Positions 63,275-64,000 of a stretch of DNA of 64,000 nucleotides are shown piece by piece (within the stretch, counting starts at the first letter, position 1; each line of letters opens with the position of its first letter). The notes beneath the pieces are model-generated. The model saw nothing but the letters and a program-made list of their open reading frames with translations. It had not been told where the DNA came from and made no database searches. Position numbers and translations under genes: made by a program. The stretch is from the NCBI RefSeq assembly GCF_006345805.1, contig NC_043002.1, positions 69,068,001-69,132,000 on the forward strand. Reading direction: 5' to 3'. This stretch comes from Octopus sinensis. Its lineage: Eukaryota.

Positions 63275-63731
63275 TTCCTTCATTCATTCACTCTTTAATT
63301 TCTTTATTCTCTTTAGCTTCTCTATTCATTCTTTTATTAGTTTCTTCATTCTTTGGTTTCATCATTATCCAATTTCTTCATTTTTTTAAATTAACTTTTT
63401 CATTTGTTCTGTCTTCCATTTATTTATCTTTTGCTTTCTCAGTCTTATTTTTTTTCTGCTTTTTTTTTTCTATGTTATTTCTTCATTCTATCTTTCTTTA
63501 ATTTAGTTTATTATTTTTCTCTTTATCTTCATTCTTCCTATATTTATCATCTTCATTCTTTCTATTATTACTTTCTTCACTTTCTCTCTCAATAGTTTTC
63601 ACAAAATTTCTATCTTCAGTTTTTAATTTTTTTTTTCTCTCAGAAGATTTTCTCTTGCTTAATGTCAATGAGACAAAAACTGAATGTTGCTTTAATCTAT
63701 GTTGCTCAAAACGAGTGAATAGACTAATTAG

Positions 63732-63764
<33 letters not shown>

Positions 63765-64000
63765 CCCACTGAATTCACACGTGAGGCAAAATCATATCTT
63801 GTCCTAGTTAAAGTTATATAACTATCTTCACTATTTATTTTATTTACATTTGTTTCTTTGTCTCATCTCTCAATATCTTTGTATATCTTTAATTAAGCCC
63901 TGTTTTTTCTATTTTCTTGATTTCTCTCCCTCTAGTTTACAACAGTTGGTAATGGTATTTGATTCACCAGTCATTGGCGATTGGTAAATCTATACCAACA

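Noticed and set aside
1-64000. Prokaryotic-type systems (CRISPR arrays, operons, defence islands)
   Set aside because: There are no regularly spaced repeats and no gene-dense regions; the sequence is clearly repeat-rich animal DNA.

Overview
This is AT-rich eukaryotic DNA, most likely a coleoid cephalopod (Octopus-like, inferred from the repeat families; not verified by search). Almost all ORFs in the supplied track are spurious products of repeats and microsatellites. The window looks like the inside of very large introns of a + strand gene. Two small phase-compatible candidate exons (7441-7582 and 43869-43941) are visible, but I do not recognise the protein. The rest is a dense mobile-element landscape: several tRNA-derived SINE families, RTE, CR1 and R4/Dong LINE fragments, piggyBac-, hAT- and Tigger-type MITEs, a Helentron/DINE-like element, a decayed mariner, and many microsatellites. 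The most interesting observations are: (i) a tRNA-headed SINE-like element carrying a minimal Penelope-type hammerhead ribozyme motif and an inverted partial terminal repeat (33618-33935); (ii) several long local and long-range inverted repeats, mostly outside the recognisable TE families, whose mismatches often become G:U or A:C on the + strand, making them candidate dsRNA/ADAR substrates; (iii) a nested near-perfect inverted triplication at 30590-31225; (iv) an RTE LINE with a twin-priming-type 5' inversion; (v) a young Dong/R4-type element sitting in its (TAA)n target. Repeat boundaries were read by eye and are approximate unless a TSD or TIR is quoted.
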